Of a stretch of 64,000 bases of DNA, positions 55,537-64,000 are shown in pieces. The stretch spans positions 392-64,391 of the IMG/VR virus record IMGVR_UViG_3300005529_000034. One strand, given 5' to 3'. The notes under the pieces are model-generated. The model did no database searches. It was not told the DNA's origin and saw nothing but the letters and a program-made list of their open reading frames with translations. A program made the translations under genes and the position numbers. The first letter of the stretch is position 1; each line of letters begins with the position of its first letter. This stretch comes from a virus.

Positions 55537-55992
55537 ATGTCGAAGGCAATCTTGACGCGTTACTTTCCGGCCACCGCTTTGCGCGGTGCCCGCATCAGGG
55601 CTATCGAGCCCGATGGCAAGCACTATAGCGAGCCCTACGATGCGGGCTTGACGGATATGGAGGCGCACTTTCGCGTGGCGCGGGAGTTCCATAGGCGCCT
55701 GGGCTGGCCCGGGCGCATCGTCGGATGTGGCTGGATCAAAGGCGGCGCGGTCTTTACCTTCGAAGCTCCGCCCGTGCTCGTCGACTATATCGGCTACGAC
55801 GGTCAGCCGATTAGAGACGGCCAACGCGTGCAGGTGCATGCCACGGCGGACTTGAAATCGAGCGTGCGCACGGGCTTTGTCATGCGCCTGTCGATGCGGG
55901 CCGGCGGTCAGGTCGTTCATGTCATGATGGACGATTCCAAGCTCGGCGCATGCCGCTTCAAGCCCAACTTACTCAAGGCTCTACAGCAATAG
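55537..55992 (+). CDS. hypothetical early protein
   Basis: AAGGAG RBS; ILTRY.PAT..RG.RI.A. Confidence 0.65.
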   Translation: MSKAILTRYFPATALRGARIRAIEPDGKHYSEPYDAGLTDMEAHFRVAREFHRRLGWPGRIVGCGWIKGGAVFTFEAPPVLVDYIGYDGQPIRDGQRVQVHATADLKSSVRTGFVMRLSMRAGGQVVHVMMDDSKLGACRFKPNLLKALQQ

Positions 55993-56056
55993 GGAGGCAA
56001 TTCGCGCGCCACCGCTGCGACGACTCCAGCGCGCGAAACCTCCCGGGAGGGATTTC

Positions 56057-56434
56057 ATGCTCACTCGACAAGATAAAGAATGGCACGCCGCATATGAGGG
56101 CGGCTCGATCCGCGCCCGCGCGATCATCGATCAGGCCTTTGCCGAGGTCCTAGCCGCGTTCCGCGTGGCCGGCGTCACGGCAGGCACTGCCGATACTGCC
56201 GAGGCGCTCGTGGCGCAGCTCACGCGGTATTACGTCGATTCTGGCAACGACCTGCAGGCTTTCAAAACGGCCGAGGAAATCCGCGCCGAGTTCACGACGG
56301 ATCACAAGGGCGAGGCCGCCGGCCGCCCCGGCTGGACGCGCGTCTTGCGGCGCGGAATACCTATTTTCTACGGATCGCAAGAGGAGGCCGAGACATACAT
56401 CGCCCGCCGGGTGCGACGCGAGGCGCCGTTATGA
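56057..56434 (+). CDS. hypothetical early protein
   Basis: GGAGGG RBS. Confidence 0.6.
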   Translation: MLTRQDKEWHAAYEGGSIRARAIIDQAFAEVLAAFRVAGVTAGTADTAEALVAQLTRYYVDSGNDLQAFKTAEEIRAEFTTDHKGEAAGRPGWTRVLRRGIPIFYGSQEEAETYIARRVRREAPL

Positions 56435-56661
56435 CCTCTCTGCGAATTCCGCATTTCCGTACCAAGCCCGGTGAGAGTTACGACTCCGCCCGCGCTCGCT
56501 GGCAGACGCGCATGAATGAATATCAGGACGCCGTGGTCATGAATGATTGCGCCGCGCACAGCACAGGCTTTTGCAAGCGGCGCCATCACATCTATTGGGC
56601 CTTTCATGGCATGACAGCAATGGAAGCCGCGCAGGTGCTCGCGGAGGACGAACATGAGTGA
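56431..56661 (+). CDS. hypothetical early protein
   Basis: GAGG RBS, ATGA overlap. Confidence 0.55.
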   Translation: MTSLRIPHFRTKPGESYDSARARWQTRMNEYQDAVVMNDCAAHSTGFCKRRHHIYWAFHGMTAMEAAQVLAEDEHE

Positions 56662-57007
56662 GACGCTAATCGCCAATATCAGCGCCTGTCCGTACCTCAG
56701 TGCCGAGCTGCATGTGGGGACGGTCGTAAGCCTCCTCCAATCTCGGGAGCGCTATACGGCCACGGAATGGCGTCAGAAGGCCCGCGTGATCCTGGGCGAA
56801 GTCTTGCACGCCACCCGTGCATTGAAGCGGGCGCACAACCCACCGCTGCTGCGCACGGTCACCCGCGTGAGTCCCGCGGTGTGGGTTCCCGGTTGGCCGA
56901 ACATCGACACGGTCATGTGCAATGTCGTGGCCGCACGCTTCCAGCGGTTAGAGCGCGAGCTTCGAAGCCTGCGCCGCCGTGCCCCACTCTACGGAGTCAG
57001 ACTATGA
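56654..57007 (+). CDS. hypothetical early protein
   Basis: GGAGG RBS. Confidence 0.55.
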   Translation: MSETLIANISACPYLSAELHVGTVVSLLQSRERYTATEWRQKARVILGEVLHATRALKRAHNPPLLRTVTRVSPAVWVPGWPNIDTVMCNVVAARFQRLERELRSLRRRAPLYGVRL

Positions 57008-57291
57008 AACCCGAGCACGATTCCTTGACTGTCATCCTGTCCGCCCTAGGGGCCGTCCTCATTGCCATTCTCATGGGCGTCTTGCTCGCCTTGATGGCAG
57101 GACCGGCGTGCGCAAGCGGCGCACCGACCGCAGACGAGAAGCTGCAGCGCATTTTTTGCGAAGCGGATGCAGGGCTCGCCGCAACCAACGCTCAAGTCGA
57201 AGCCGCCGGCCAATGGGCAGCGGCGCAGTCGACGCGCACGCAGGTTTACGTTTGCCCGAATGTGATCATTGCGGAATCAAATTCCCGCTAG
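57004..57291 (+). CDS. putative exported/membrane protein
   Basis: long hydrophobic N-terminus ending PACA; GGAG RBS. Confidence 0.55.
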   Translation: MKPEHDSLTVILSALGAVLIAILMGVLLALMAGPACASGAPTADEKLQRIFCEADAGLAATNAQVEAAGQWAAAQSTRTQVYVCPNVIIAESNSR

Positions 57292-57346
57292 GTCGCGAGA
57301 AGATTTTCCGGCGGGGTACCCGTCATACTTCGAAAGAGAGAGACAT

Positions 57347-57640
57347 ATGGCTGAGAATGTGCAACCGACAGTGATCTTTTGTCGTTTCCGCTGCGGGCGA
57401 GTAGTCACGCCTCCCAAACGCAAGACGAAGCGCAACGGCAAGCGCCCGCGAATGAAAACTGTCTGCGACATTTGTCGCGACAATATGAGTGGCTGGGCGC
57501 GCAAGGGCACGCAACGCGCTGCGCGCTACGGTGCACAGCTCCTCGTACGCTCCAACCGCATGAGTCACGTGGTGGATGAGGAGACCATAAACCGCTACAT
57601 CGAACGCGAGGAAAAGCGCGCCCAGAAGGGGGCCACATGA
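57347..57640 (+). CDS. basic protein with two Cys pairs (zinc-finger-like)
   Basis: CRFRCG and VCDIC, Lys/Arg-rich. Confidence 0.55.
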   Translation: MAENVQPTVIFCRFRCGRVVTPPKRKTKRNGKRPRMKTVCDICRDNMSGWARKGTQRAARYGAQLLVRSNRMSHVVDEETINRYIEREEKRAQKGAT

Positions 57641-57960
57641 AACGCACAGTGCTCGATCTACAGAAGGACGCGTACCCCGAGGAGAACGCGCCCGGGTTGC
57701 GGCAGTATCAACGCGACGCTTTAACAATGCTCCGCGCGAGGCTCGATCCCACGGCTATTGGCTTTGATGCATCCGAACCGGTGCGGGCGGCTTTACAGCA
57801 TGAGGCGGTCGCAACTTATTTCCGCGCATGGGTCCTGCCTCTGGTCGATCTAGCGGCTGGGAGCGGCTATCGTGGCCAGCGGAATGATGTTGCCTACGAT
57901 GCGAATGTGGTGCGCGGCAAGCGGCATGAGGCGCTGCGGGCGAAGGAGCTGAAGCCATGA
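57637..57960 (+). CDS. hypothetical early protein
   Basis: ATGA overlaps. Confidence 0.55.
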   Translation: MKRTVLDLQKDAYPEENAPGLRQYQRDALTMLRARLDPTAIGFDASEPVRAALQHEAVATYFRAWVLPLVDLAAGSGYRGQRNDVAYDANVVRGKRHEALRAKELKP

Positions 57961-58202
57961 AGCGCAGCGCTGAATCGATCCGCAAACAGAAAGCCACCCT
58001 CGCGGCCAAGCGGAAACAGAAGAAAGCGAGTAAGGCGGATACGGGCTTGCGCATGTGGGATGTCAAGATTGCGATCATCGCGCTACGCCGCATTCGCGCC
58101 CGCATGGTGAAGCGTCTCAATACGGGCGCTCTGGCGTGGCCGAATGACGACCACATCGATGCACTCGATGCGTTGCGCCATCTCACCGGGGAGGAGAGCT
58201 GA
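57957..58202 (+). CDS. basic hypothetical protein
   Basis: AAGGAG RBS, ATGA overlap. Confidence 0.55.
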   Translation: MKRSAESIRKQKATLAAKRKQKKASKADTGLRMWDVKIAIIALRRIRARMVKRLNTGALAWPNDDHIDALDALRHLTGEES

Positions 58203-58203
58203 T

Positions 58204-58614
58204 ATGTGCTTCACTATTGGCGCTCCTCCCAAGGGTGGGCTACGACGACGCATTGCTTGGAAAGTCTTGCATGTCGAGCCATCTGGGCGATTGCGGAGTT
58301 ATTTCGTGGACGATTGTAAGTGGATTCCAGGCAAGGCCAAGCGCGCGAACAAGGGGCCAATACGGGCTGATGATAAAGCCAGTCACGGTATCTATGTCTT
58401 TCTCAGCCGCTCTGAGGCGGTCAAGTTTGCTGACGACCTCCGAGCTGTCGTCGTTACCGTGCGCGTCGATCCCGCAGATTTCCTGTTTCGCAGTTCCTGC
58501 CACCGGTATGCAACTTACCGCAGAGTTATTCTCGACCCAAGTGCTGAGCAAGCGCGAGTGAAAGCCTATGAACGAGCCAAACGTCTCTACTACACATATG
58601 CCGCGTACGGTTGA
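58204..58614 (+). CDS. hypothetical early protein
   Basis: GAGGAG RBS; AWKV, SHGIYVF pattern. Confidence 0.55.
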   Translation: MCFTIGAPPKGGLRRRIAWKVLHVEPSGRLRSYFVDDCKWIPGKAKRANKGPIRADDKASHGIYVFLSRSEAVKFADDLRAVVVTVRVDPADFLFRSSCHRYATYRRVILDPSAEQARVKAYERAKRLYYTYAAYG

Positions 58615-58888
58615 AGTGCGGCGCGAGTATGAATATGGCCGGGTGCGCATGTATCCGGTCAATAAAGCCGCGCAGGTCTTCGCGGACATTAATGGTAAGC
58701 AAACCTTATCACGCGAGACCCTTCAGAACGCCATTGAATTGGGCTTCGATGTGTCCGTGCTGAATGCGGAATCGAGTGATGAGGCAGTGCACGCCTTTCT
58801 GAATCCTCCGGCCCGCCGGGGCCGGAAAACAAAAACTGCGCAAGGCGCGGGATCGAAATTGGCGAGGAGTACCCCTAAGCAAAATTAA
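58568..58888 (+). CDS. hypothetical early protein
   Basis: YG...YPVN..A..FA.I.G.QTL motif; start may be 58598. Confidence 0.55.
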   Translation: MNEPNVSTTHMPRTVEVRREYEYGRVRMYPVNKAAQVFADINGKQTLSRETLQNAIELGFDVSVLNAESSDEAVHAFLNPPARRGRKTKTAQGAGSKLARSTPKQN

Positions 58889-58911
58889 GGTAACCTGTCA
58901 AGATATCCAGC

Positions 58912-58940
58912 TTGCATTCGATAGGCGGAGCAGGTAAGGT
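58912..58940 (+). promoter_or_regulatory. sigma70-like promoter
   Basis: TTGCAT-N17-TAAGGT. Confidence 0.5.
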
Positions 58941-59040
58941 GGCGCTCGATGGCTGTGACGTAACCTGTGCGACCCTCGGAGGTACGAAACATGCTGGCGG
59001 AGGTCTTTACGTTTTAATCACAACTGAGGAGATGACTCAC

Positions 59041-59748
59041 ATGACGAAATTGGAAACGCGAAATTTCGTGGCAACGACGGCGGATATCAAGGCTCTGGGC
59101 AAAGACGCCATCGAGGGCGCAGCTCGCTCTGCCAAGGCCAAGGGGGACTTTCTCAAGTGCCTCGTGGCCACGACCCAGAACAAACTGGGATTCCCCATTC
59201 CGAGCCGCAGCGTGCATCGACCGAAGCTCACCGAGACGGAGCGGCAAGAGCAACTCATGGCGCTGCGGGAAGTCTACGCCGAGTTCTATGCCGTGCTCGT
59301 CGAGACGGCGAGTAGCCCCGGCAAGAAGAAAGAGGACGTACTATCGGAGGTCAACTTCGCGGCGACCTCGAAGTCCGAGCTAACGACGTGGCTGAAAGCG
59401 GGCCATGACTTGCGCACGCTGGTCCCGGCGAAGGTCTCGAAGGGATCGCTGCGCAAGGAGAAGAAGGCCCGGCGTGTGTCCGTCGCGGATCGCGTGGTAA
59501 GTCTTGCCGCGAGCCTTGCAGAAGAGGCCGTGAAGCTGTCCAACTCGGACAAGGACAAGGCGCGCGACGCAGTGCAACGGGCGATGGCGCAGTTGGCTGC
59601 GATCATGGACGATATCGGCATCCGGACCACTAAGGATGTCGAGACGGCGGTACGCGAAGGCCGCCCGGTGAACATCGAGGGTAATAAGATGTTCCCGCTG
59701 GCCGCGCTGGTGCCGGCCACGGCGACTGCGAACCGCGTCGCTGCGTGA
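59041..59748 (+). CDS. Lys/Ala-rich hypothetical protein
   Basis: GAGGAG RBS before ATG 59041. Confidence 0.65.
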   Translation: MTKLETRNFVATTADIKALGKDAIEGAARSAKAKGDFLKCLVATTQNKLGFPIPSRSVHRPKLTETERQEQLMALREVYAEFYAVLVETASSPGKKKEDVLSEVNFAATSKSELTTWLKAGHDLRTLVPAKVSKGSLRKEKKARRVSVADRVVSLAASLAEEAVKLSNSDKDKARDAVQRAMAQLAAIMDDIGIRTTKDVETAVREGRPVNIEGNKMFPLAALVPATATANRVAA

Positions 59749-59927
59749 GACCAGACCTGAGAAGGTGTCTGCGGGCCGCGTTGGTGCTTTACCACGCGGC
59801 CTGTACGACAAACGAGACGTATCCGGCGGCCTTCGGACTTGCAGTCAGCTACTACCAACAACTTTCAGGCTGTACCCTTTTAGAAGCCTGCCGGATCGTG
59901 AAGCGCGCCCTTGACGCGCGCCAATAA
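59745..59927 (+). CDS. hypothetical protein
   Basis: GTGA overlap; followed by terminator. Confidence 0.4.
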   Translation: MRPDLRRCLRAALVLYHAACTTNETYPAAFGLAVSYYQQLSGCTLLEACRIVKRALDARQ

Positions 59928-59980
59928 TTGAACTAGCTCCCGCCATGCTTTCCCGGGAAAACTTCCCGGCTAGCATGTTA

Positions 59981-60019
59981 GCCCGCGACGTCGCAATACG
60001 TAGCGGGCCTTTTTATTTT
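59981..60019 (+). terminator. intrinsic terminator
   Basis: GCCCGC..ACGT/ACGT..GCGGGC stem followed by CTTTTTATTTT. Confidence 0.7.
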
Positions 60020-60031
60020 CGATAGCCCCTA

Positions 60032-60061
60032 TTGCAACATCTACTCACTGGAGAGTAGATT
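60032..60061 (+). promoter_or_regulatory. candidate sigma70 promoter
   Basis: TTGCAA-N18-TAGATT. Confidence 0.4.
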
Positions 60062-60104
60062 TTGCCTCGAACAAGTAACTTCCAAAGGCACAGGGGTTCT
60101 TAAT

Positions 60105-60605
60105 ATGCTCAATCGTCAAGCCTGCTTCGAGCAGGCGGTGTCCCATATTGCCCGACAAAATTGCCTCGCCCTGCGGTATGGCTTCGATGTGTTCGGCCAA
60201 GAAACCATGATGTGCGGCTACCGCTCCACGAGCGCGAGCGGGCGCGTTCTCAAATGCGCAGTCGGGGCGCTCATTCCAGATGATCGCTATCGAAAGGGTG
60301 TCGAGCGTTGCCGTGCATCAGCCATTATGGCCTTCCTCGATCCGGCACTCGGTAAGGCAGGCCCCGAGGATGCAGACTTCATTGATAGCCTGCAACGTCA
60401 GCTCCATGACTCTCAATGGCATGACGGACGCGGTTTTTCCCGGGAAAGGCTCATCATGCAGGCGCACGTCTTCGCCCGGGATTACGGCCTCGATCCTTCC
60501 ATTCTCGCGAACCTGCCGGAGCCTGATCCCGATACAAATCCGGTCCAGGTCGCGAGCGCAAATCCAGAATCAACCACCGTGGGAGACGAGCATGCGACCG
60601 CTTGA
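60105..60605 (+). CDS. hypothetical protein
   Basis: C.YRS..G..KCAVG.LIPD..Y, LQ.QLHD pattern common in small phage proteins. Confidence 0.65.
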   Translation: MLNRQACFEQAVSHIARQNCLALRYGFDVFGQETMMCGYRSTSASGRVLKCAVGALIPDDRYRKGVERCRASAIMAFLDPALGKAGPEDADFIDSLQRQLHDSQWHDGRGFSRERLIMQAHVFARDYGLDPSILANLPEPDPDTNPVQVASANPESTTVGDEHATA

Positions 60606-60759
60606 TTTAGAGTTGAGCCCGTCGGCTCAGGACTACGTCAATTACCTGGAGGAGAAAGAAGCCCGCCTGACTCGGATTGAGGACAGGTTAAACGTCCTGG
60701 CAAATACGGCCCCGTATAGCGCGCAACTTCTCGCCGACCTGAAGGAGTTCCTCGTATGA
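60592..60759 (+). CDS. hypothetical protein
   Basis: GGGAG RBS, short coiled coil. Confidence 0.5.
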   Translation: MRPLDLELSPSAQDYVNYLEEKEARLTRIEDRLNVLANTAPYSAQLLADLKEFLV

Positions 60760-61319
60760 TCCGCCGCTTCCTGACTCTGACTACTATTGCCCTGTGTATC
60801 GTTTGGAGCGCCGCACCCGCCCAGGAGAAGTGGGACATTCCTAAGCTCGAAGCTCAACCCCATAACGAGGAGACAGGCTCGTTCTCATCCCGCGGTTCGT
60901 TCTCCTCGCGCAGCTACTCCGCGCCATCTCGCAGCTTCAGCAGTCCGCGCTACTCACCCCCGGCTCGAAGTTTCAGCAGTCCGAGTTATTCCCGCCCGAA
61001 GACGTTCTCCACGCCAAGCTATCGGCCGCCCGTCTCGGAACCTTATCGGTACTCCTCCCCAAGTCGATACGCGCCGCCGATTGTGGAGCATCATTACTAC
61101 AATAGCGGGCCAGGACTCAGCGGCGGACATTTCTGGTTCTGGATGTGGGCCATGAATGCGGGCCAGCCGCGCACGGTGGTAGCGGGAGCACCCGTCGCGG
61201 CTGCGCCCGTTTACGCCAGTAGCGGTGAGAGCGCGCTTGTCGTGATCCTCAATATCCTGATCATCGCAACGCTCATCGGCGGGCTGATATGGCTGATTGT
61301 GTGGTGGCGGCGTGCATGA
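60756..61319 (+). CDS. membrane protein with signal peptide and SRSFSSP repeats
   Basis: signal peptide APA/Q, Ser/Arg/Pro repeats, C-terminal TM ending WWRRA. Confidence 0.65.
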   Translation: MIRRFLTLTTIALCIVWSAAPAQEKWDIPKLEAQPHNEETGSFSSRGSFSSRSYSAPSRSFSSPRYSPPARSFSSPSYSRPKTFSTPSYRPPVSEPYRYSSPSRYAPPIVEHHYYNSGPGLSGGHFWFWMWAMNAGQPRTVVAGAPVAAAPVYASSGESALVVILNILIIATLIGGLIWLIVWWRRA

Positions 61320-62137
61320 GCATCGAGACACGGCAAACACGCTGGAGCGCCCTACCTTGGGTCAGACGCCTACACCCGGTCTTGCGCAGCGAATGCTGGC
61401 GATGGCTCATGGGTATGGACGAGCCCATGCCAGAGCAGGTAAAGCGGCTCTCTTCCTCCGACGCGTCAGCCACACTGGCCTATTTGGAGGAGCGCAGCAG
61501 ATTTTCCGGGCGCAGCCCGCCCTCACCGGCGGCGGTAGCATGGCTCAAAGCGTTGAGCCCGTGCCGGCCACAACTTTCGGAAGAGACACACGTGGATAAC
61601 ACCAAACTACTCGACACGGTGCGAAGCATGGCCTTCAGCACGCTCCGCCATTACATCGTCCCCGGCTTGACGAGCCAGCTCATCGGAATCGGACCTCGCG
61701 GCAAGGTTCGACTCTTCGAGAGCGAGCGCAATCAACGCGATTTCATCTTGCCGCATTCGCATCGTTTCGCGTTCACTTGCCTCATATTGCAGGGTGCGGT
61801 CACCAATATTGTTTACCGACGAGACCCCGGCAATGGCGAGTTATATGCAGAAGGATGCTTGCGTATGCCGGAGGGTGGCGCGCCCGGTGATTGCGTGCTG
61901 ACACCCGGGGCGCATGCGGTAGCATATTCGGAACAGCGCACCCGTTATACGGCGGGAGCGACATACTCGATGCGGCCGAGTGAAGTTCACTCTGTTGCAT
62001 TCGAGGCTGGCGCTGCAGTCCTTTTCTTCGAGGGGCCGAAGGAGAGCGACACGTCTATCATCTTGGAGCCCTGGGCCAACGGTGCGCGCGTGCCGACTTA
62101 TGGCCGCACGTCATGGATGTTTCAGGAAGTAGAATGA
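61316..62137 (+). CDS. cupin-domain protein
   Basis: PHSHRFAF.C.IL.G.V.N and EVHSV; start uncertain. Confidence 0.55.
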   Translation: MSIETRQTRWSALPWVRRLHPVLRSECWRWLMGMDEPMPEQVKRLSSSDASATLAYLEERSRFSGRSPPSPAAVAWLKALSPCRPQLSEETHVDNTKLLDTVRSMAFSTLRHYIVPGLTSQLIGIGPRGKVRLFESERNQRDFILPHSHRFAFTCLILQGAVTNIVYRRDPGNGELYAEGCLRMPEGGAPGDCVLTPGAHAVAYSEQRTRYTAGATYSMRPSEVHSVAFEAGAAVLFFEGPKESDTSIILEPWANGARVPTYGRTSWMFQEVE

Positions 62138-62151
62138 AAGGTTAGAGAGAC

Positions 62152-62871
62152 ATGAACACAATCAATCTGAAAATGTTATTCGAGAACGGCGACAAAGAAA
62201 TCAGCACGCTCGATCACGTGCGCAGCGCCAAGCAGCTCATTGCGGAGGCGCTCGGCGCGAAGGACGCGGAGCACTTGGCACTCACCGCGGAGATATTGGC
62301 CGTGGGGCTCGACGCCGTGGCTTACCGATTTGCGGCGCAAGAGGCTCTGGCCAGCGCATCGAGCGCCTGCCAGGGAGCGCTGGAGGAACTGCAGGATCGC
62401 ACGCGCACTGTGCAGGTGCTCATGCAGGATAATGCGGAGCTGCGACAAACTCTGATCCAGCAAGCGGCGGACATTGCGATCCGCGAGGCGACACTGGCTC
62501 GCCGCGAGGCAGAGCTGCCGGTTCCAGCTCGAAACGGCAAGGAATGGAAGCAGAGTGAAGAGTACTACTTGCTGAAGTATTACCGCGAGGGCAAGAGTGA
62601 GAGCGAGATTGCACGCCGGCTCAAGCGATACGGCGATGCGGTCTGCGTCCACCTCGGCAAGCTGGAGAATGACGGTGTATATTGGGATCGCCCCGCGCAT
62701 ATGAGCGAGGAATTCTGGACGGGCTTGCATCGCGAGCACTTCTTCAAACATCGCTACCCCGGTCCGCTTCTGTGGGCTGCTTCACAGATATCGCCAAACA
62801 CGCCGCCGCATTTGCTGCAGGCATACGAGGCCGTGCCGCTCGCCGTGATGGATACGGCCAAGGCCGCATGA
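62152..62871 (+). CDS. coiled-coil protein with Myb/HTH-like module
   Basis: W...EE..LL..Y..G.S..EIA..LKR...AV..HL.KL. Confidence 0.6.
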   Translation: MNTINLKMLFENGDKEISTLDHVRSAKQLIAEALGAKDAEHLALTAEILAVGLDAVAYRFAAQEALASASSACQGALEELQDRTRTVQVLMQDNAELRQTLIQQAADIAIREATLARREAELPVPARNGKEWKQSEEYYLLKYYREGKSESEIARRLKRYGDAVCVHLGKLENDGVYWDRPAHMSEEFWTGLHREHFFKHRYPGPLLWAASQISPNTPPHLLQAYEAVPLAVMDTAKAA

Positions 62872-62897
62872 CGAATCGGAGCTGAGTGTACCCCCTT

Positions 62898-62927
62898 AGC
62901 CCGGCGCCTCTGGCCGGGCTTTCTTTT
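62898..62927 (+). terminator. intrinsic terminator
   Basis: AGCCCGGC-GCCTCTG-GCCGGGCT followed by TTCTTTT. Confidence 0.7.
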
Positions 62928-62943
62928 GTCCGAAGGAAACACA

Positions 62944-63612
62944 ATGCCCATTAGTCATGAGGATGCGGCAGCCCTCCACGCGCGCGGCGACTGGACCGCG
63001 TTATGGGAAGCATCCATTCCGCTCGTGAAACATGCGATCACAAAGCTCCTGCGCGCGGGCCAGCTCACTGCCGACCGGGTGTCAGATGATTTATTACAGG
63101 AGGGCTATCTGGCGGCGCGCCGCGCGCTGCCGAAGTGGGACCCGGAAGCAGGTAAGCTGTCGACCTGGATTGCATATGAGGTTCGTGGCGCCATGCTCGA
63201 TCATCTGCGGAGAGAGCGATCCATCGTGGGCGGGCGCCGCTCTACGAGGCTCTCTGTGCTCATACAGGACGACATTACGCCGGATGACCGGGACCCGGAT
63301 GCAGAGGCCAAGGAAGTCCAGCATGCGCGCGACCTGATCAATTTATCGGTGGCACTGGCGCAACTCACCGAGGAGGAGCGGAATCTCGTCGAACGCATTT
63401 ATGGAATTGGACGGCCGTCCGAGTCAATGGCGGACATTTGCCGTGACCTCGGGATGAGCCGCCCGACGGGCTGGCGCCGTTTGCAAGCGGTGCAAATAAA
63501 AATGAGACGGTTGGTAAAAAGCGGCGATACCTGTGTGAGCCTGGATAAAGGAGCACACAGTGACCGAACAAACAAAAGCCCTCTTCGCCGCCATCAAGGC
63601 GGAACTCGATGA
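62944..63612 (+). CDS. sigma70-family RNA polymerase sigma factor (regions 2 and 4)
   Basis: DDLLQEG.L..R...KWDP..GKLSTW...VRG...D.LRR; L..L.EEER.LV..Y, ...DLGMSR HTH. Confidence 0.88.
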   Translation: MPISHEDAAALHARGDWTALWEASIPLVKHAITKLLRAGQLTADRVSDDLLQEGYLAARRALPKWDPEAGKLSTWIAYEVRGAMLDHLRRERSIVGGRRSTRLSVLIQDDITPDDRDPDAEAKEVQHARDLINLSVALAQLTEEERNLVERIYGIGRPSESMADICRDLGMSRPTGWRRLQAVQIKMRRLVKSGDTCVSLDKGAHSDRTNKSPLRRHQGGTR

Positions 63613-64000
63613 CAAGAGCCCCGGCTGGCGCACGGCCTTCTCCTCGTGGGATGCCGCCGTTGCCGCCGCCGGGGCTCGGGCTCAGGAGCTAACCGATCAA
63701 TATCGCAAAGCGCAGGCCGCAGCCGCCCGCGCCCCCTCCACTCCCCAAATAGCTGATCACACCCTTTCCTTCCTGTGTGACTCCGAGGGCACGGATGCCC
63801 CTTCTTCTCGCGATGCCCTTTCGGTCTTCGATCATTCGCCCGCTGGGCGCGCGGTAAGCGCGGAGCGGTCGGACAGCATTGGCGCCGAGAACCCGAGTCA
63901 GGACGCGGCCTACGAGCCGGAGGATGTGAAGGCTCCGGCGACCCAGGGCCGCCTCGAAGACCCGCTTTGGCGCCCGGATCACATCTCTCATACCGGCGAG
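63560..64000 (+). CDS. hypothetical protein, truncated by window end
   Basis: AAGGAG RBS, GTG 63560, frame open to 64000. Confidence 0.5.
   Translation, partial: MTEQTKALFAAIKAELDDKSPGWRTAFSSWDAAVAAAGARAQELTDQYRKAQAAAARAPSTPQIADHTLSFLCDSEGTDAPSSRDALSVFDHSPAGRAVSAERSDSIGAENPSQDAAYEPEDVKAPATQGRLEDPLWRPDHISHTGE

Noticed and set aside
1-64000. Prophage boundaries, integrase, transposon, DGR, intron or intein
   Set aside because: No recombinase, transposase or reverse transcriptase motifs and no host genes. PolA and TerL have ordinary uninterrupted lengths.

Overview
The window is most of a GC-rich tailed-phage genome, probably a podovirus: it has portal, adaptor, nozzle and ejection genes but no tape measure or tail tube. 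The host is probably a gammaproteobacterium, judging from a near-canonical CsrA, sigma70-type promoters and IHF consensus sites. 1-17050 (+): nucleotide metabolism and replication (vWA, calcineurin-like phosphoesterase, dATP/dGTP diphosphohydrolase, MazG-like, DNA ligase, DUF2800 nuclease, DUF2815 SSB, family A DNA polymerase, VRR-NUC, SNF2 helicase, RlaP-like nucleotidyltransferase, CsrA). 17012-51009 (-): late arm with lysis, tail/ejection and capsid genes, an approximately 11 kb appendage/modification block between scaffold and portal, 4 tRNAs, terminases, an HD hydrolase and an Acb2/Tad1-like sponge. 51010-51930: repeat-rich divergent control region. 51935-64000 (+): small early genes, DUF932 and a sigma factor. 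No integrase, primase, CRISPR array or rRNA is visible. The two strongest unexplained signals are (1) a tandem array of 3-4 circularly permuted tRNA-like RNAs at 49303-49638 (-), with acceptor stems closed by loops and no anticodon loop, and (2) the 12-bp palindrome TTTCCCGGGAAA, present in at least 12 exact copies and in all three reading frames. All protein assignments come from motif recognition by eye, not database searches.
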